DNA of 48,253 nucleotides from Lama guanicoe (lineage: Eukaryota). Positions 1-11,376 of this stretch are shown here, piece by piece (the first letter of the stretch is position 1; every line of letters begins with the position of its first letter). The DNA lies in assembly GCA_013239625.1 (NCBI GenBank), contig MU053539.1, positions 1 through 48,253 of the forward strand, given 5' to 3'. The position numbers were made by a program, and so were the translations under genes. The notes under the pieces were generated by a model, which was not told where the DNA came from, did not search any database, and was given only the letters and a program-made list of their open reading frames with translations.

Positions 1-49
1 AGACTCCCAGTTGCCACTGATGATCATTAATACTACTTTGTGATAAATT
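1..49 (+). repeat. Left copy of exact 49-bp inverted repeat (truncated by window start)
   Basis: agactcccag...gtgataaatt is the exact reverse complement of 6074-6122; first mismatch is at 50/6073. Confidence 0.97.
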
Positions 50-297
50 TCCTGAGAGGTTTCTCTTCAAAATGTGTATTTCAAGTATACCAGGCTTCCT
101 TTTTGCATCATTACTTTAACCTCCGTCTTAAAGTCAGTTGTATATTTTAAAAATATTTTCATATTCTTAGTCGTTTTACTGAAAAATAATAAAGACATAC
201 TCTAAAATGTTGAGTTTTTGCAAATCTTGAGTTCACAACATAAGTTACCTATGATTTGCAGGCAACCACTACACTACAGGTTTATGAAATCAGGGAT

Positions 298-360
298 TGT
301 GGTCTTTGTTTTTCATGCTTGATACCTTGCACTTAGTGGGTGCTCAATAAATAGTTAGAT
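298..360 (+). mobile_element. L2 3' tail remnant
   Basis: gcacttagtgggtgctcaataaatagttagat resembles the L2 3' end (gcacatagtaggtgctcaataaatatttgttgaat). Confidence 0.6.
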
Positions 361-1937
361 TTTTTTAAATGTTACTGTTCTGGTCATTAATAAAAATAAA
401 ATCAATGTTTATCTACCCTCAGTTATAATATAGCATTAGTTTTCTCCCTGATTTTTCATTTGTCCTTTTCCAGTGAGAATTTGGCTATGTCATTAACATT
501 TTTTAAAAGTCAGTTTTTCTGACCTTAGCCAGGTCAGTTGACTTACTGAAAGACACTTATCTTGGTGACAGAGTTGGGACAGAGCCCAAGTCTTTCCAGT
601 TTCAAGGCTGTTAGCTTCATTCCATATTTACTAGTGAGGTTTAGGTGAATAATCTGTAGTACAGAATTGCCTTGGTAGAGATGGTGTTTCTTTATTGTTA
701 CTCCATGTTTTCATCAGTTGTCAATATACTGGGTGTTTTTCCAGAAGGACCCTGCCTCCAACCAGACTTTGGAATGTATCCTAAGGTTATTTGGGCCAGC
801 GGTTAAAAGCATGGTGCTTTGGATTATTGATTTGTGTCATGTAATGTACCCTAAATATGAATTTAGGGGCTGAATTGCCAACATGGGTTGAATTAGGAAC
901 CTAGTCATTGGACAGTAAGCAGTATGTCGGTATTAAGCCTGATCTGATTGTGGTGGTCCTTCTCGTCCCAAGTCTGGCTAATACTTCTGATGCTGATTTG
1001 TCACCCCTCACTGAAATGAAGTCACATATTTCTTACCAAAAAAATTTTCATTTTAAAGAGTGTTACACACAAATTATGAGAATTAATTTATGCTAACAAC
1101 TTGTTTACCATAATGTTGTCATTTGTTTGGACATGAAGTTTCTTCACTAATTTTTTTCTTCCTGGAAGGCCTTGGGCCAGGGTTCAAGAGAACTTTGCTT
1201 CCAGTTCCACCTCTACTAGGCTTACTTACTTTACTTTCTGAATCCCTTTGCTTCTTTAGGTTTGCTGTTTCCTTACTTTTAAGAAAAGGTGTCTGGCTAA
1301 GTTAGTGGTTAATTCAAACATAGATGGGCATCCAGGAAAGGTGTGGTGAGAGAGCCCATGTTCCCAGTACAGTAATGCCTCTTTTTTCTTTCATGGAATT
1401 GGAATTTTTTTTTCCAGGAAAGGCTTATTTTATTTTACCAAAGATTTTGAAATTCACTGGCCTACATGATCTCTTAAGATTTCCTGTGTGCTCAGTCTCC
1501 CAGACATGAAAGGGAGGATGTAATCTCTAAGCTTATGTCTCCAGCACTGTCAAGCTATTATACCGGCCCTGGTCTTAAGGAAAAGATTATTTGAAAGAGA
1601 AACTTTTATCTTTTTTAAAGCTAATGTATTTTTGCTCACTTATTAAATAGACTGTGTGCTAACTAGTTAAATAAGTGCACGGGCTGCTACAACACTGAAA
1701 ACCAAAATCTATATAAATTTGAGCCTTTTTTCCCCCAATTAATCCATTTTCCATCAGATATCTTTTTCCAAACAGCAAGTCATAGTTTTTCCTATATTTG
1801 TGTCCTAATAACATATTAGGTTGTATTGTTTTGGCACAGACAACCTTTGCATTGTAAGGATGTAGGGAAATTCTTTATTCCTCCTAAAATGATGATTCCA
1901 GAGCTTGTGCTCTGATCTGTTACAAAATCATGTGTCC

Positions 1938-2100
1938 AAGATTTATTGAGTATATACTATGTGTCAGGCACTGTGCTAAGTCCTTTATATGTACTGGAGT
2001 CTCATTTATGACAGAAACCTTATGAGGCAGATTACTCTAATTATCTGCATTTAACAGATGAGAAAGAACACTGCTGCTTAGAGAGATCACTGCTAAAGAT
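1938..2100 (-). mobile_element. MIR SINE remnant
   Basis: atttattgagtatatactatgtgtcaggcactgtgctaag...cattTaacagatgagaaa...gcttagagag matches the MIR core in antisense. Confidence 0.7.
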
Positions 2101-2279
2101 GTCTATATATTAACCCTATGACAGTTCTAGGGACAGATTTCCCTTGAATCTCATTACCAGGAACACCGGTACATCCCTTGAGAAAATGGTTTGTTTTGAT
2201 CCAATGGTGACTGTAGTTCATGCAAGTAATCCTATAACCAAAGCTGCTAGAAAATTTGGGTCAAATTACTGGTAGAATT

Positions 2280-2698
2280 TGTCAGGAAAAAAATATACCT
2301 ACTGTGATTCAAATACAAGTTAAAGGCTTTGTCCAGCTAATGTGCATCACCTTAAGACCAGTAAACTATCTGAAGTGAAGCTGAACTGGGGTTTTGAGAG
2401 GGAAAGGAGAAGAGAAACTGCTATTGCAGTTTATGTAGCTACTACAAAAATGTGGTTGGAATGGTTGGGAATTTCTTCCACTTTTTCATGCCTCTTGCTT
2501 GCATCCTTGGTACAATCTAATTCCAGCAGCTGTCAGATCAGTTCTTTGAGAGTGGTTTTTGTATGCCTTGTTGTTTGTTAAGTTTCAAGGGTGGCAGGAG
2601 GTAACAAAAAAGGTAGAGGAGGGAAGAGAAGAGAAGAAAGTTCAAGGAGGCAAGGTTTGAAGCAAGGAAAATTAAGGTCTATTTTAATTATTTTTACA
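2280..2698 (-). mobile_element. Probable ERV 3' LTR
   Basis: On the minus strand it begins TGTAAAAA just after a purine tract (aagaggagac), has a TATA-like cataaa near 2430 and ends ttttttcctgaCA. It lies directly downstream of the env remnant. Confidence 0.55.
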
Positions 2699-2849
2699 GT
2701 GTCTCCTCTTAGACAAGATGAACTCCTTTCATCATCAGCCAGTTCTTATTGGAGAGGAAACAACAGAGATGTACCAGGTCCAGGAATTGAGTCAAGAAGG
2801 CCCCCATCCATAGCTGGAAGAGCAGTTTGTGCTTTGGTTTTCTGTTCTT

Positions 2850-3573
2850 CAGTCATAGCTTGGATCCTCTGCTTGGACAGGACAGTGCTCCCAGTCTTGA
2901 TTAGATGTGATTGGGTGCATTTTGATAAGGATTCTAATTAGGATAAAAAGAAAAATGATCACTAGCCCTTGGGGGAAAAGTACATCCCCGGGACTATATC
3001 CCGGTTGAGACTGTTCAGGGAAAGGGATCCTGTTCTCAGCCACCCAATGATGACCATCGGTCCCAGAGGTCAGGACTAGGTCATTCACTCCACGAATGTT
3101 TTGGCTGGCTTCACGGGTGTGATGATTTCCCCAAAAAGACATAAGAAAGGTCTGGGTGGATATATGGGTGGCAGTCATCATTGACAACTGCACAAGGGCA
3201 CCCCCTGGGTGTCAGGGTGATTTCTAATGTGAGTAGATGATGGACAACAGCCTCTGGAGTTCCAGCATTCCTTGAGTGTGTCACTATTTTGGGTCTTTGA
3301 AACTGTAGTTCCTGTCTGTGACCCACCTTTAGTTTTTTTCAGGGTTATGAAGTGTACCAGATGGAACATACCCTGGAGACATCCTCCACTAGCCAATTCA
3401 AAATTTCCAGGCAGTGTTGTCCAAGAATACTTTTCAAGTTTGTTTATTGTGATGGGTCATAGCCTGCAGATTTTTCATCAAGCTCCATTTTAGAGAGACA
3501 AAAGTGACAAAACTGCAGTGTTGGTCCTCCATAGCCCATCTGATTGGAGGGAACACACAAATTTCCTCCAATA
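2850..3573 (-). pseudogene. Degenerate endogenous retrovirus env (TM subunit) remnant
   Basis: Minus-strand peptide AVVHHLLTLEITLTPRGCPCAVVNDDCHPYIHPDLS (ORF 3111-3326) resembles the immunosuppressive domain plus CX6CC motif of gamma-type Env. The hydrophobic QGLVIIFLFILIRILIK (ORF 2849-3193) follows in another frame. Frameshifted, with stops. Confidence 0.65.
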
Positions 3574-4200
3574 TCTTTTTTTTTAATTGTGGTGAAATAT
3601 ACATTAATAACACTTACAGTTTTAACCATTTTAAAGTGTATAGTTCTTTGGTATTAAGCACATTCATATTGTTGTGCAATCATCACTACCATCCCTCTCC
3701 AGAACTCTTTTGATCTGCAAAATGGAAATTCTGTACCAGTTAAACAATAACTCGCCCTTCTCCTCTCCCCCCAACCCCTGGTACCACCATTCTGTCTCTA
3801 TGAATTTGACAGCTCTCATATAAGTGGAGTTATACAATATTTGTCCTTTTATGGCTGGCTTATTTCACTTAGCATGATGTCCTCAGTGTTCTTCCACGTC
3901 CCCAACGTTCATCCAGGGGATTGTCCTTGGGAGATTGTTGCAGCATGTGTCAGTTTCCTTCCTGTTTAAAGTGGAATAACACTCCATTGTGTCAATTTGC
4001 CGCATTTTGTTTGTCTATTCATCTGTCATCGAACACTACTGTGAATAGCACTGCTATAAACATGGGGATACAACTATCTGTTCGAATCTCTGCTTTCAGT
4101 TCTTTTGGATAGCATACCCCGAAGCAGAATTGCCAGATCATATGGTAATTCAATGTTTAATTTTTTGAGGAATCGCTGTACTCCCAATGTATTTCTTCTT
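3574..4200 (-). mobile_element. Old L1 (L1MB-like) 3' end inserted into the ERV remnant
   Basis: ttttaattgtggtgaaatatacat...ggcttatttcacttagcatgatgtcctc...agatcatatggtaattcaatgtttaattttttgaggaa are L1 3'UTR/ORF2-end motifs in antisense. Confidence 0.85.
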
Positions 4201-4220
4201 TCTTTTTTTTTTTTTTTACA

Positions 4221-4475
4221 NNNNNNNNNNNNNNNNNNNNNNNNNNNNNNNNNNNNNNNNNNNNNNNNNNNNNNNNNNNNNNNNNNNNNNNNNNNNNNNN
4301 NNNNNNNNNNNNNNNNNNNNNNNNNNNNNNNNNNNNNNNNNNNNNNNNNNNNNNNNNNNNNNNNNNNNNNNNNNNNNNNNNNNNNNNNNNNNNNNNNNNN
4401 NNNNNNNNNNNNNNNNNNNNNNNNNNNNNNNNNNNNNNNNNNNNNNNNNNNNNNNNNNNNNNNNNNNNNNNNNNN
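4221..4475. other. Assembly gap (255 N)
   Basis: Run of N, flanked on both sides by poly-T followed by ACA. Confidence 0.99.
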
Positions 4476-5704
4476 TTTTTTTTTTTTTTTACACAATCTC
4501 CTGTTTGTGACTATGGTTGTCTCAAGGTTTCATAGAAATGAACTGTAGTAACCAGACCATCTTTAATATTTGATACCTGAATGAGAGCATACTGTTTGGC
4601 ATACTGGTCAGTCAAGGAATTTTCTTCTGTCTTATGAGTTTGTTTCCTAGTCTGAGCTTTGATTATATAGATAAGACTACATAAAAATAAAATTATCCGT
4701 GCATCTGAAAACCAAAAACATAATTAAAAGGCAAAAACAGGAAAAGTATTTGTAATATATATGACAGAATGGGGGTAAATTTCTACACATACAATTGTTA
4801 AAAACAATAAGCTAATTATTTTTAAAACATTAATAAATGCTAGTGAGGGTGTGAAAACAAAGAATTCTCATAGACTGTCGATGGCAAAACAGATGGGTAT
4901 TCTGTTTTGGCAGTGTGCAACGAGTGTGAAAAGTGTTCATGCCTTCCAATCCAGTAAATCTACTCCTGCAAATCTATTAAAAACAATCAGAGATGGTGAA
5001 TATATATGTACAAAAATATTGTTTTCATTCTTCTGGAGGGATATTGTTTGAAGAATGTTTCTGTGTTTTCCTCGTATATATTTTCTTGACTGAATTTCCC
5101 TACAAATTACTAGTGTGAGTTTTCTATCAAAAAGCAGAAATAGGTAGTTGTAGAACAGGTATCTGCTGTAAGGAAATTTAAAGAGTTCCTTTTAGCACAC
5201 TCAGGCTTGTGGCTTGAAAATTTGTACATACTACACAACTTACACAGAATACTGAAGATGGCAACAACAATACTAACAAGGTATCTACAAGTGCCAGGCA
5301 AAGAACGTGTTGGGTAATTGATGTGACCATCACCTCTGAGGCACATGTAATTACCACCCTCGTTTTCTGCGCAATGGAAACTAGCATACCTAGAAGGAAT
5401 CTGAGGGGTCTCCGGACCCCTCAAATAGGGCCCCTCCCTGGTCTCTCAGACTCTAGATTGCACACTGATTTGCAAGATGCTTTCCTGCTCCCAATACATG
5501 AATGAAGTAAAATACACACTGGGGAAGAGGGTGAAATAGCGAGCATAAGTTTTTTAAACGTGTAATAACATAGTTATTGCGCAAAATAAAACGCTAAATG
5601 AAAGGAGGAAAAAGCCCACTAGGAAACGTTTCATACAGTATACCAGTATTATGACATGATAACAATATTTACAAAAAGAGGAGCATCTGAAAGAAATCAG
5701 GTAC

Positions 5705-5792
5705 TGATTTATGCATTCAACAAATGTATATAAAGAACACACTGATAGGCAGTGTTTTGTTGATGCTGCAAATACAATGCTGGGCAAAAACC
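5705..5792 (-). mobile_element. L2 3' tail remnant
   Basis: atgcattcaacaaatgtatataaagaacacactgataggcagtg...gctgcaaatacaatgctgggcaaaaacc is an antisense L2 tail. Confidence 0.6.
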
Positions 5793-6073
5793 AAAAATTA
5801 CAGCATCTGTCTTTAAGACAGTTACATTATATTTCCCTTTGAGGTACAGGGGTGGGGTTATTCCTTCTTCCTATGGCAGTAATTAAATCCACCTTTTTCA
5901 TCTTTTTAGGAACAGAAATGAAAGAAAAACATTTTAAGTATTTTGAAATGCTTTTTGAACACGTAACTCATGTTATATCTGATACTAACAAAAGATGGTG
6001 AAGTCACAATGCAATACGAATCTCATTTTGTCTACAATGCACCGAACGTTAACAAATGAAAATTCTCTAAGGT

Positions 6074-6122
6074 AATTTATCACAAAGTAGTATTAATGAT
6101 CATCAGTGGCAACTGGGAGTCT
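6074..6122 (-). repeat. Right copy of exact 49-bp inverted repeat
   Basis: aatttatcacaaagtagtattaatgatcatcagtggcaactgggagtct is the reverse complement of 1-49. Confidence 0.97.
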
Positions 6123-6369
6123 TCTTTACTATATTTTATCTGTCCTCCAAATTTTCTGCACTGAGGATGAGTGACTGGCCTAACTGAAGAATACAGTAGT
6201 AAAGGTCCATAAACTGAAAGCAACTTGGGGAAAACCAACGACAAGGCCTTTCAGAAAAGCAAAAGTACAACTTGCTAAGGAACCTAGTCAGCCCCTTAAC
6301 AGAAAGAAAAGCCAAACTGAAAAGAAAAAGGCTTTAGTCTCCAGGCAGACAGTTTTCAGAAGGGTCCCT

Positions 6370-7130
6370 ACTGAGGCGCACAGATCCAGTCTTAACCGGC
6401 CGGCCGGCACAGGCGCAGAAGGAAGTCGCCAACTCTTTTGGAAAAGGGTCCCTGGAGTTTTTTCAAGCGCGAAGGGCGGGGGAGAAAAGAGCGGCGGCGT
6501 TACACGGCGCAACACTGCCACCTGCAGGCGAGAGAAACAGCGCTACAAGCCAGAGGAAAACAAATCCACCTTTTCCGCTCCTTTTCCAGGCAGAGTGCTG
6601 GAGAGCGTGGATGCGGAAGGTAGGAGGCATGCCTACGAGGACCACAGGATGAAAGGGAACCGGCCGAACCGTCCCCATCACCGCAGCCTCACCTAGCCCC
6701 GCTCCGTAACCATAGCAACAGCAGCCGGAAGTCCGGGCGCACAGGACTTCCCGGAGGCTACGCTCCGATTGACGGGCTCTGGGCCTGCGCACAGGAGCGC
6801 AGTGAGGTCCGTGCCAGGCTCCCTGCCCGGGTCCGCTAGAGGTTTCCTCGGAACCGTGCTGTGAACTGTGGGCTGAGGAAGCAGATCGGTGATGTCCTGT
6901 CGCCGACTGTCCCAGCCGCCCGGACCAATCCCCTGGTCATTCTTCTCCGACCGGCCCCGGGCCTGGGAAGGCGCTCGCCGGGGGAACACCGTGCGCCTCT
7001 CAGCCCTCACTCTTCGGATCCGTCCTGGCGATCCCGGTGCCCACTCACAGGGTCAACCAGGGGCCTCTCTGTCCTCAGCGATGTTCTCCTCCTCCCCAGC
7101 CGAGCATCCCCCTGCCCACCGTCACCCCCT
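6370..7130. promoter_or_regulatory. CpG-island promoter with RFX X-box and ETS site; probable minus-strand first exon ending at 6693
   Basis: Dense CpG. gtaaccatagcaac (6706-6719, RFX-like), ccggaagt (6725-6732, ETS/GABP) and tgcgca/gcgcag half-sites (6786-6802). Minus-strand donor CTAG|GTGAGG at 6693/6692. Confidence 0.8.
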
Positions 7131-7493
7131 GGGCATCAGGAAAGCCCCGCCCCTCCATGATGTCCTTTTTCTAGCAGTGCAGTCTCCTCACCCGCAACAC
7201 CAAGTCCTGCTCATCCAGCTACCTCCCTCTAATGCCCCTGCGTCGACAGCCTCGACCTCCTGGAAACATCCAGTCCACGGACCCCACAGCCTTCCACGCC
7301 GTCCACCAGGCCCCTTCTTACTCAGCTTACCCAGGGCTGTAAGCTCTCTCCCACCGACACACGTCTTGTGCTCCTTGCCCCCTCCTCCCTAATCGTTCCC
7401 TGCCTGTCTGAGCACCTAAGCATTGATGACAAAACGTTAAAAGCTCACGGAATTGTTTTTTATCTTACATCCATGACCAGGAGGGAATCGCCT

Positions 7494-7570
7494 TTCACCT
7501 ACCTGACCTACTACACCTACCTAAATACTCTCACATACCTAAACTCACCTACCTAAACTATCACCCACTA
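7494..7570 (+). repeat. Short degenerate tandem repeat (tcacctacctaaac-like, ~5 copies)
   Basis: ttcacctacctgacc, acacctacctaaata, tcacatacctaaac, tcacctacctaaac, tcacccacta. Confidence 0.75.
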
Positions 7571-7849
7571 GTAACCCTCCTCCATTCTACTGACCCCACC
7601 CCCCCACCCCCCAGTAACTCCTGGAGAAGACAGAAGCAGTCCCGTGGGACTTTCTCAGAGCTTTTCTGCCCTGGCACTCTGCCGCCCCTCTGCACACATG
7701 CTCCTGACTGCACCCAGCCCCTCACCTCTGCCCAGGATCCCATGCCTTTCACCTCCTCGGGGACTTTGCTCCTGCAAAGGTCACTCCTCTCTCCTGAACC
7801 ATCACCTGCTGCTTCACACGGGAGCGCTGCACAACAAAGGGGAAAACGC

Positions 7850-8110
7850 ACCCCCTTCACCAGGCCATTCTGCGGCTACTGGCACATTATCTGCTGCCCT
7901 CCAGAGCACAACTGCTTCAACTTATGCTCACACCATTCTCTCCTCGACCCCCTTCAGTGGAACTTTCGTCGCTATCACTCCGTCGAAACTGGTCTTGTCA
8001 AGGCCGTCATTAGTAGCCATACTTCCTGATCCCAAAGACACTCTTCACTGCTCGTCTTACCCAGCATCTCAGGCACCAACTTTGGCACTGTGACCCTTCT
8101 GTTATTTATC
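7850..8110 (+). mobile_element. L2 ORF2 remnant
   Basis: cccttcagtggaactttcgtcgctatcactccgtcgaaactggtcttgtcaagg resembles the L2 reverse-transcriptase region (QSGFRxxHSTETAL). Confidence 0.6.
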
Positions 8111-9559
8111 CCTTTGTTTCTTTGTATATTTGGGTGGCGGGGGAGGCTTGTGTGACTACGTATTTTAAAACGTGCCCCTCCTGAACTGCATAGTATGGGA
8201 AGTCCCGGGTCAAATGAATGACAAGCCAAAGAAAAGAACGTCCATCCCAGTCACAGTGAGGAACGGCCCAGAGAGGCAGTGAATGGCAGGCAGAGGTGAG
8301 ATAGCTCAGACAAGGAAGGTGTGTCAGGAAATAAAGGGGAGCACCAAGGACAGGAGGACTCACCCCATCACACGTGGGGCTCATGGGAGCACACTCTGCA
8401 CCAACAGCCTCTTCAGGGAGAGGGATGGCTGGGGTTCAGGAACAGAGTTTTCTGGAGCTGCTTGTGGTTCCTGCTGTGGCGGAGGTGAGATCCCAGGGGT
8501 CTCGCTCCCGGAGGGAGGAATGTGCACAGTGGCTGGGTCTTGGGGAAGCTGGAGCAGGCAGGGGGCTAGGTGACCCTGCAGCTGAGACTGTGGGGTGGAC
8601 AGCCTTGCCCAGGGTGGGATGGACGATGAGACCCAGAGGCAGAGAGGGTCAGCAGATGCCAGCAGAGTGGTTGAGGCTGAGTCAGCCAGGGAGCACGGGC
8701 TCCCCACCAAGAGCAGAGAGACAGGAGTGCAACTTTGCCCAGCCTCCCCTAGGGGCGGTGCAGGTCAGCATCACCATCTGGACCCAGGAGACGAGAGTCG
8801 TCCTTCCCTCAGGGACCCCCGAGGCCACCGTGAGCAACATAGGTATCCCCTTTGCACGTCACTGCCAGACTTATGACACGTACCCCTTGCCCATCGTGGA
8901 AAGAAGTGGTGTGGAGGTGGGTTGGAAACGGGAGACCGAGTTATTCACCCAAACAGACTGAGCATTTGTGTTATGTGGACCATTCACGTGACTGCATCCG
9001 ACCACACTTACCAGATTAGGAGTAAATTCTAACCTAGGGTTTTCTTTGCCCTTACTAACCAGTTTGGAGGGTGGGCATTCGTGATGAAGCTCAGGTCAGT
9101 CAGGGAGAATAAATAAACCAGAGCGCCCGTGTGGTCTGAGTAACATGAGTGAGCCTGTGCTGCCAGCATCCCATCCCGACCGGCTCCTGCTCTGACCATG
9201 GGTCACAGAGTCTGGAGTGGGGCCCAGAGGGAGATGATGGAAACCTGCCTGCAACTCCACTGCTGCTTTGAAACCACTCCCCACCCCCATCCCAACCCCC
9301 GCCGCCCTCAACTTGAAGAAACACCTGTGAGGCTCATCCCAACTCTCCACTCTCATCTAGTCAACAGTCCTCAGGGTTGTGAGGAATTTTTGGAACCTGC
9401 ATCCTGGTTTTCCCCCTCTTTGGGGGAACAGACCATTACAAACCCCGAAAGCACCTCTGCTTCTACTACCCTCTGCTTCTTTGGTTCCTCTCAAGCCAAG
9501 CCTCTTGGAAGTGTAGACGCCAGTAGCATCCTTGCTTGGTTTACCTCTTGTTTCCTGCT

Positions 9560-10110
9560 CAGTGTCCTCCCATCCGTGGACATCCCCTGCCTAACGTCTC
9601 CAAAGAGCTCCATTTGTCAAGCCGTCGTATCCAGTGCCGTCTTGGCCACAGTGACATTCCTTTTTCAAAATGCTTCCCTTTGTCAGAATCTGTGACAGGA
9701 GTCCACCCTGGTTTCCTCCTACCTCTCAGTCCACGACTTCTAAGTCTCCTTGTTGGTCCATTTGCTTTGATCTCCTCCTACATCTGGGTTGTTTCCCCCT
9801 GGCTTCCAACCCCTGCCCTCCTCTTCTCCTCTACACGATCCTTGGGTGGCCAGTTCCCCCCCGCCCCCGAGCTTTTACCCACCTGGCTTGTTTTCATCTC
9901 TATCCCCTTGTATGCTTTTCATCTCTATCCCCTTTCCCATTACCAGGTCTACCAAAGTAGGTTTAACTGGGCCCCAGAGTCCCCGGAGGCAGAGACTTAA
10001 GGGGTATCTGCACTCAGATCTGCCACAAGCCCTGCGAATCTGCTGGTGGCCCCAAACCAGTGTTTCTCCTCTCATGGATGGACACGGTCACCCACCCAAA
10101 TCCCTAAACC
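9560..10110 (+). mobile_element. L2 remnant
   Basis: Pyrimidine-rich L2-like blocks, e.g. ggccacagtgacattcctttttcaaaatgcttccc...ccctggtttcctcctacctctc. Confidence 0.55.
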
Positions 10111-10534
10111 AAACTCCCGGGATGCTGCTGGGTGTGATCGGCATCAGGCCACGACTGCCGTGGGCCGGCTCTGGAAAAGGCTAAACCGTGATCTTCACGT
10201 TGCCACGGATGGGGGTGAGTTTCCTTGTGAGGCCTTCTTCTTGGAAGACACACTGCATGAGCCCTGAGCACCGGCCCAGGCCCTGCTTTGGGTGCGCGCC
10301 TCAACAGGCTCTCTGAGGAGGGGAACCTGGGCTTGTAACATGCCCGAGAGAGTGAAAGCCTTGCGCTTTGCAAGAACTCGACACACAACGTGTAACCCCG
10401 GTGAGTCAGGACGCAGCAGTGTAAGCCCACCATCTGGGAACGTGCAGATGAGGATGCGGAAGAGACCCCTGAGAGAGAGAGAGTTTGGGCAGGTGGGTGT
10501 CCGTGGGTGTGCACGAAACAAGGGATTGCGCGAT

Positions 10535-10540
10535 TTTATT
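10535..10540 (-). terminator. Candidate poly(A) signal (AATAAA) of a minus-strand transcript
   Basis: tttatt on +. On the minus strand it is preceded by a U-rich, UTR-like stretch (10560-10900) and followed by a GU-rich ccttgtttcgtg. Confidence 0.35.
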
Positions 10541-11376
10541 TTTCCCAAGAAATATGCTGGTGCTGTTTGGCCTTATCTGAGCACGGGAGTTAATTCGATG
10601 ACATAAATTATACCAAAAAGTAAAGAAATGCAACTCAGCACACTCAGCAGATGAGCCGACAGCTGATCCTTCTACAGCAACGGTAAGATTCTTGCTCATC
10701 TTTCATTTTAAAGGAACCAGTCTGCTCTGTCCCGTGCTGTTACCTCTACCACGTTTTACGAATGTTTTGAAGTGACGAAGCACAAGGGATCCTGACAAGA
10801 ACTCAAAGTACTAAGTTTGATGAGCAAATGCAGGGCTTTAAGTGCAAAATTTTGCTTTCAGGAACGCGGAGAAGAGTAAGTCCAGGGTCAGGTGTAAGGC
10901 ACCCATTTACTGGACATGTTCTCCCTTTCCTCAGCCCAAGATACCTGCCAAGCATAGCGGATCACGATGAAAACTTGCTTTCCTTCTAAACAGGAGCCTC
11001 GAAGTCTGATTTCAGATTTCCTCCTATAAGGATGGTTCTGTTTCCACAGCCGCAATCCCAGCCGCAATCCCGGCTTTCATCAGGGAAGTTTTCAAATCAT
11101 GCTCATGTCTGGGCCACATTCCAGACCTGCTCCTTCAGACTCCCTGGGGATGGCGCGCCAGCCCCTGTTCTTCTAAGGTGTCCCCAGGGGAGATCTGAGG
11201 CCCAGCTGAGGTGGAGAAGCATCATCACATGCTGCTTCGTCGTCCTGCCTTTAAAGAGAATCTTGGACTTCCAAGCCATAGTTGTTAGTCATGAAAATTT
11301 TTGAAATTTCATTGTGTCTTCTCATTCCAGAGCCGTTTTTGACATATTTAGACAATTTCAGGGACTCGGGAGGGTG

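Noticed and set aside
14..58. C/D-box snoRNA (tgatga...ctga)
   Set aside because: The boxes are only ~35 nt apart, which is too short, and there is no convincing terminal stem.
4074..4548. ORFs spanning the N run
   Set aside because: Artefacts of the assembly gap plus L1 sequence.
1..6122. 49-bp inverted repeat as terminal inverted repeats of a 6.1-kb DNA transposon
   Set aside because: There is no transposase ORF, the interior is old host TE debris, mirror homology continues inward in decayed form, and the outer end is set by the window edge.
8374..8961. 195-aa ORF and other 100-190 aa ORFs in GC-rich stretches (e.g. 45056-45622, 45765-46310)
   Set aside because: Such lengths are expected by chance at this GC content, the ORFs overlap on several frames and strands, and none has a recognisable domain.
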